The translations under genes were made by a program, and so were the position numbers. From the NCBI GenBank assembly GCA_052033375.1, contig JBPOJQ010000008.1:1185-65184 (forward strand): a DNA stretch of 64,000 nt, written 5' to 3'. Below the pieces are notes generated by a model, which saw only the letters and a program-made list of their open reading frames with translations, searched no databases and was not told the DNA's origin. Shown here one piece after another: positions 57,781 to 64,000 of the stretch. Each line of letters opens with the position of its first letter. The stretch's first letter is position 1. Origin of the DNA: Candidatus Magasanikiibacteriota bacterium. GTDB lineage: Bacteria > Patescibacteriota > Patescibacteriia > Magasanikbacterales > UBA922.

Positions 57781-59271
57781 ATGGCATACACCGATCAAGT
57801 GATTGCATCACTTAAGAAAAATATCGAATCGTTCAAAAAAGAAGTCCAGGTCGAAGAAGTTGGTACTGTTATTGAAATTGGAGATGGAATCGCGCGCATG
57901 AGTGGGCTTGAGAAATGTCAGGCTCAGGAAATGTTGGAATTCCCTGGAAATACGTTTGGTATTGCATTGAACTTGCAGGAAGAGACTGTCGGTGCAGTAA
58001 TTTTGGGTTCATACCAGCATATCAAAGAAGGTGACACCGTAAAAAGAACAGGACGTATCATGTCTGTTCCGGTTGCTGACGCACTCATTGGTCGCGTAGT
58101 AAATGCGATTGGTGAACCTATTGATGGAAAGGGCGCGATTAATACCAAAACATTCTATCCAGTAGAGCGAATTGCGCCAGGTGTGATGACCCGCGAACCA
58201 GTCAGTCGCCCGATGCAGACTGGTATCAAAGCGATTGATGCACTCATCCCGGTAGGACGTGGACAGCGTGAACTCATCATCGGTGATCGCCAAACGGGAA
58301 AAACCGCAATTGCGATTGATACGATTCTCAATCAGAAAGGTCAGGATATTATTTGTATCTATGTTGCTGTTGGACAAAAAGAATCAAAAGTTGCCCGAAT
58401 TGTATCAAAATTGAAAGAAGCGGGGGCAATGGATTATACAATTGTAGTCTCTGCTGGTGCATCTGAACCTGCTCCGATGTCATATCTTGCTCCATATGCA
58501 GGGGTTGCGATTGGAGAATATTTCATGGACAAAGGAAAAGATGTGTTGATTATCTATGATGATTTGACCAAACAAGCATGGGCATATCGTGAAATGTCAC
58601 TCTTGCTCCGACGCCCACCAGGACGTGAAGCATATCCTGGAGACGTATTTTATCTTCACTCACGTCTGCTTGAACGCGCCTGCAGTCTGAATAAAGAAAA
58701 TGGCGGTGGATCGATTACTGCATTGCCAATTATCGAAACTCAGGCAGGGGACATCTCAGCATACGTTCCAACCAATGTAATTTCGATTACTGATGGACAG
58801 ATCTTCCTTGAGACTGATCTCTTCTTCCGTGGTATCCGCCCAGCTCTGAACGTAGGTTTGTCAGTATCTCGTGTAGGAGGATCTGCTCAAATCAAGCCAA
58901 TGAAGAAAGTTGCCGGAAGTTTGAAGCTTGGACTTGCACAGTTCCGAGAACTTGAAGCATTTGCACAATTCGCAAGTGATCTTGATCCAGAAACCAAAAA
59001 ATCCATCGAACGCGGTCGCCGAATGACTGAGCTCTTGAAGCAACCTCAGTATGTACCAGAAGCAGTCGAAGATCAGGTTGTGTCAATTTACGCCATGTCA
59101 CAGGGGTTATTCGATACTGTAGAAGTTGCACAGGTGAAAGATACAGAAAAGAAATTCCTCGAATTCATGCGAGCGTCAAAATCAGCGCTTCTTGGAAAAA
59201 TCAAGAAAGGTGAGTGGAATGAGGATGTAGAAAAAGAATTGAAAGAAGCTATTAAGGAATTTGCAAAATAA
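57781..59271 (+). CDS. atpA: ATP synthase subunit alpha
   Basis: [23 protein letters not shown]. Confidence 0.98.
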   Translation: MAYTDQVIASLKKNIESFKKEVQVEEVGTVIEIGDGIARMSGLEKCQAQEMLEFPGNTFGIALNLQEETVGAVILGSYQHIKEGDTVKRTGRIMSVPVADALIGRVVNAIGEPIDGKGAINTKTFYPVERIAPGVMTREPVSRPMQTGIKAIDALIPVGRGQRELIIGDRQTGKTAIAIDTILNQKGQDIICIYVAVGQKESKVARIVSKLKEAGAMDYTIVVSAGASEPAPMSYLAPYAGVAIGEYFMDKGKDVLIIYDDLTKQAWAYREMSLLLRRPPGREAYPGDVFYLHSRLLERACSLNKENGGGSITALPIIETQAGDISAYVPTNVISITDGQIFLETDLFFRGIRPALNVGLSVSRVGGSAQIKPMKKVAGSLKLGLAQFRELEAFAQFASDLDPETKKSIERGRRMTELLKQPQYVPEAVEDQVVSIYAMSQGLFDTVEVAQVKDTEKKFLEFMRASKSALLGKIKKGEWNEDVEKELKEAIKEFAK

Positions 59272-59276
59272 TATTG

Positions 59277-59300
59277 TATGGCAGTCAGTGGAAAAGCAAT
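59277..59300 (+). repeat. 24-bp direct repeat of the atpG start (target duplication)
   Basis: tatggcagtcagtggaaaagcaat equals 60367-60390. Confidence 0.95.
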
Positions 59301-60363
59301 GGAACAAAGTATGAATACAGAAAAAAATAAAGATATAGAGTTTTTTTCTGTATCGCGTACTCGGCTTGCTATTTTGTCCATACTCACGTTTCGTTTGTAT
59401 GAGGCATATTGGTTTTATAGAAATTGGAAGGCAATCAAAGATGTTGAACAGTCAGAAATTTCACCAATAGGAAGGGCTATCTTTGGGATATTTTACTGCA
59501 GTAATCTAGCTAAGAAAGTTCTAGAATCAGCACAGTTACATGGATATGCAAAGTCGTATATACCCAAAAATGTAGCAATAATTTACTTCCTTCTTTTCAT
59601 TTTGAGTAGCCTCCTTTTCAAAGGTATTTTTATGGCTTTGATTCCTACATTTATACCTCTATTCTCGATACAGAGGGCAATTGAATATAATAATTCGAAA
59701 ATTGTACCAAGTAATAATCAGAAAAAAAAGTTTGCCAAAGGAGAATTAATTATAATTATTGTGGGGGTAGCCCTATTTTGTTTAGGAATTTTTGAGACTT
59801 ATACGCTACTAAAAGAAAGTTACCGAACTTATTTCCCACAAACAGTAGAGCAAAAGAATGTAGAATGGAAAGAGTTTGTTTCACCAGAAGGAGACTTCAA
59901 AATGAATTTTCCTGTTGAACCGAATCATGAGTTAGAAAATATACAGGTACCAGGAACTAATTTTACAATTAAAAGAGACTATTATAGCAATGCGATATCC
60001 AATGACGAAAAATTATTAACATTTTATGAGGTCAACATTCTTACTTTGCCTAAACAATTTGCTGATGAATATAATTCCCAAGGCCCAGAAGCAGAGTTCA
60101 AATTACTACAAGTTTTTGTTGATAAACTACTTATTTCAGATGAAAAAGAACCAAAGGCAGAATTAATTTTCTCTACCTCAACTACATTTGGGAAAGTTCA
60201 GGCAGTAGATTTTCTTATTCAGCGTAAAGATGAAACCCTTTTAAAAGGGAGAAGCTTTAGGGTAGAATCAAAGGTGTATAGTTTAATGGTAGATTATGAG
60301 AAGGATAATTATAATGAGACTGAGTACAGTAAATTTATCAATTCATTTACCTTGCTAAAGTAA
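59278..60363 (+). CDS. AT-rich membrane protein with C-terminal PsbP-like domain inserted in the atp operon
   Basis: LSILTF.LY..YWFYRNW TM domain; WKEFVSPEGDFKMNFP..KFINSF resembles 34815/35434; begins with AtpG's MAVSGKA. Confidence 0.75.
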   Translation: MAVSGKAMEQSMNTEKNKDIEFFSVSRTRLAILSILTFRLYEAYWFYRNWKAIKDVEQSEISPIGRAIFGIFYCSNLAKKVLESAQLHGYAKSYIPKNVAIIYFLLFILSSLLFKGIFMALIPTFIPLFSIQRAIEYNNSKIVPSNNQKKKFAKGELIIIIVGVALFCLGIFETYTLLKESYRTYFPQTVEQKNVEWKEFVSPEGDFKMNFPVEPNHELENIQVPGTNFTIKRDYYSNAISNDEKLLTFYEVNILTLPKQFADEYNSQGPEAEFKLLQVFVDKLLISDEKEPKAELIFSTSTTFGKVQAVDFLIQRKDETLLKGRSFRVESKVYSLMVDYEKDNYNETEYSKFINSFTLLK

Positions 60364-60367
60364 GAAT

Positions 60368-61297
60368 ATGGCAGTCAGTGGAAAAGCAATAAAACAACGC
60401 ATCAAGTCGGTAAAAAATACCAAAAAAATCACCAAAGCAATGGAGATGGTTTCGGCTGCAAAAATGCGAAAAGCAATCCAAGCGGTGACTGCGACCCGTA
60501 CGTATGCATTACTTGCGCGTGAACTCATGGAAAAATTGAGTATGAACGGTGAGGTAAAAAGTCCGCTGACTGAAGTACGCCCAGTAAAAAAAGTATTAGT
60601 AATATTGTTTAGTTCAAATAGAGGGCTTGCGGGAAGTTTCAATTCAAATATTTTCAAAAAAACTAGAAATCTTCTCACACGCGCAGACGTGTTTGGCAAT
60701 GTGTCAGTCAATGATCTGATGTATGACATTATCGGGGTTGGGAAAAAGAGCGCGTATTTTGCAAAACGATTCAATTATCCGCTCGTTGCGGCATATGATG
60801 CAATTCGTGATAACCCGACCGTAGAAGACATTCTTCCAATTACGAATACCGCGCTTGAGAAATTCAAATCAGGTGAATATGATGCAGTGCTTGTGGCATA
60901 CACTGATTTCAAATCGAGTATCGTGCAAGTTCCAAAAATACGAAAATTGCTCCCCATTACCAAAGAAGATATTGAATCAATGCTCGATGATGTAGGAGAA
61001 GAAAAGACTGAGAAGGAAGTGAGTATAGAAGATACGACGGAATATGAATTTGAACCAGATACGGCAATGATTATGGAAACAGTTCTACCCCGACTATTCG
61101 AAGTCCAGCTCTACCAGACACTTCTGGAATCGAGAGCGAGTGAGCATAGTGCCCGAATGGTCGCGATGAAGAATGCGACGGAAGCAGCGGGGGACATGAT
61201 CGATGCATTAACGGTAGAATTCAATAAAGCACGGCAAGCTGGTATTACGAAAGAAATTGCAGAAATCGCCGGAGGCGCAGCTGCACTGGAAAATTAA
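60368..61297 (+). CDS. atpG: ATP synthase subunit gamma
   Basis: KITKAMEMVSAAK, RGLAG, SEHSARMVAMKNAT, NKARQAGIT. Confidence 0.98.
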   Translation: MAVSGKAIKQRIKSVKNTKKITKAMEMVSAAKMRKAIQAVTATRTYALLARELMEKLSMNGEVKSPLTEVRPVKKVLVILFSSNRGLAGSFNSNIFKKTRNLLTRADVFGNVSVNDLMYDIIGVGKKSAYFAKRFNYPLVAAYDAIRDNPTVEDILPITNTALEKFKSGEYDAVLVAYTDFKSSIVQVPKIRKLLPITKEDIESMLDDVGEEKTEKEVSIEDTTEYEFEPDTAMIMETVLPRLFEVQLYQTLLESRASEHSARMVAMKNATEAAGDMIDALTVEFNKARQAGITKEIAEIAGGAAALEN

Positions 61298-61329
61298 TTT
61301 AATCTATAATAAAACCATTCAATTAATAA

Positions 61330-62703
<1,374 letters not shown>

Positions 62704-62776
62704 TCTAAAGTCAAAAAGTCTATAAAGTCGAAAGTGAATACAAATCCGTTTTAATCCGTTTGATCCGTGTTCTATT
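62704..62776. repeat. Short intergenic simple repeats (aaagtc; atccgt)
   Basis: aaagtcaaaaagtctataaagtcgaaagtg; atccgttttaatccgtttgatccgtg. Confidence 0.55.
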
Positions 62777-62784
62777 AGCTAGCT

Positions 62785-63204
62785 ATGATAAATTTCAAAA
62801 TAGTTAAACCCGAGGGCATTGTCTATTCAGACGAGGCTGTAGAAAAAGTAACTATTCCCACAAAGGAAGGATATATTACGGTTTTACCACACCATGTTCC
62901 TCTCATTACCATACTTGATGCAGGGGAATTGATTGTATTCAAAAAAGATCATGAAGTACCGATTGCAGTCTCGGGCGGAGTAGCTGAAGTGCGGAAGGAT
63001 AATACAGTCTATATCTTAGCGGATAGCGCAGAGCGAGCAGAAGAAATCGATCTTGAACGAGCTGAAGCTGGGCGTAAACGAGCAGAAGAATTACTTGCAG
63101 CAGAAGAGAAATCTGCAGACGTCGACTTCGCACGTGTACAAGCTTCGCTTGAAAAAGAAATGAATCGCTTGCGTATTGCGAAGAAGTACAAGCCGACGAG
63201 ATAA
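62785..63204 (+). CDS. atpC: ATP synthase subunit epsilon
   Basis: IPTKEG.ITVLPHH.P, AVSGG, ILADSAE..EID..RA. Confidence 0.95.
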   Translation: MINFKIVKPEGIVYSDEAVEKVTIPTKEGYITVLPHHVPLITILDAGELIVFKKDHEVPIAVSGGVAEVRKDNTVYILADSAERAEEIDLERAEAGRKRAEELLAAEEKSADVDFARVQASLEKEMNRLRIAKKYKPTR

Positions 63205-63220
63205 AATTATTTTACAAAAT

Positions 63221-63245
63221 AAAACTCCCCAATTTGGGGAGTTTT
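63221..63245. terminator. Terminator of the atp operon
   Basis: aaaactccccaatttggggagtttt. Confidence 0.75.
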
Positions 63246-63321
63246 ATAATTGACGAGATGTATTTTTTGTGTTGTAATGTCGTCGCCTGAATTTCCAGGT
63301 GATCAGAAGGAGTCTTCGCAC

Positions 63322-63774
63322 ATGTCATCCACTACGCCTAGAAGACCGTGTATCTGCGGACCGTCGGCAAAATTGCCGATCGACCTGCGGGACACGGTAA
63401 ATGAGTTCTACTCGAAGCTCGCGGACATCTGCGAGCAGGTTCTCGGAGCTCGTGCACACATGAAGCACGAGGGTAGACGTACGAACGTGGACGAGAGGGA
63501 ACGCATACTGAAGTATACGTCCCTTCTCGTGGTCGTCGCGATCGCAGAGGACTATGATACCGGGATCTTGGTCGAAATGGCCGACAGATACCTGGTGCCG
63601 GTCGTCATCCTCTGCGAACAGAGCGCGCTGGAGACAAGCCGGATCTCCGAGCGCATCTCGCCTCTGCTGCTGGGAAATCCCGCAGTCAGAGGAGTGATCG
63701 CGTACAAAAGCTTCGACGAAGCTCTCAAGCTCTTCACGGACTGGCTCAAGACGAATCGTTCGGAGATCAGTTAA
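63322..63774 (+). CDS. GC-rich orphan, degenerate nucleoside 2-deoxyribosyltransferase-like fold
   Basis: CICGP, LLVVVA..DYDTGILVEMA..VPVVIL, ISPLLLGNP; AAGGAG SD; TTGACG-N17-TGTAAT at 63250-63278. Confidence 0.55.
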   Translation: MSSTTPRRPCICGPSAKLPIDLRDTVNEFYSKLADICEQVLGARAHMKHEGRRTNVDERERILKYTSLLVVVAIAEDYDTGILVEMADRYLVPVVILCEQSALETSRISERISPLLLGNPAVRGVIAYKSFDEALKLFTDWLKTNRSEIS

Positions 63775-64000
63775 GAGAGAGCTGGGGGTCATGGAAATCA
63801 GGGGTGTCGCGAATGCACTCTCATTCGCACGCTCCAAAAGCAGCTTTATATAAGGCTGTTTTTGTTTTCATGGTATACTTATATGCATTATGCAACCATC
63901 CGAAGTTACCAATAAACAAGTATTACAATTATTTTGGAAATATTTACGATCGAATAAGGCCGTATTTTTTACGTCAACTGTTTCTGCGCTAGTGTGGAAT

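Noticed and set aside
63325-63837. 170-aa minus-strand ORF
   Set aside because: Shadow of the plus-strand gene, which has promoter, SD and fold similarity

Overview
64-kb window of a small-genome bacterium using the standard code (TGA = stop). Gene content, AT-rich SD-less starts and many secreted hypotheticals point to Patescibacteria/CPR (inference). The backbone carries ftsEX, a SurA/PrsA foldase, pyrD, gpsA, greA, three ECF sigma factors, mscL, an acetolactate synthase-aldehyde dehydrogenase-transketolase cluster, def, a helicase-degenerate priA, rsmI, metG, tatD, a CPA1 antiporter and a full F1Fo ATP synthase operon. There are four tRNA genes: Gly-CCC, Thr-CGT, Gln-TTG and an Asn-GTT split inside the anticodon (35/36) by a 298-nt group I intron. 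Two tRNA-anchored defence islands are present. One, behind tRNA-Gln, has a CD-NTase (with AGS-C-like C-terminus) followed by two membrane proteins that lack any canonical CBASS effector domain I can see, plus a serine-recombinase remnant. The other is an RloC-like zinc-hook ABC ATPase/HEPN gene directly behind the intron-bearing tRNA-Asn. Further patterns: about 8 dispersed GC-rich single-gene cassettes with SD sequences and mostly their own promoters (two look like dead enzymes), against SD-less, near-leaderless host genes; two integrase-free insertions that duplicate a resident gene terminus (one inside the atp operon); and two candidate ECF promoter motifs, each found twice.
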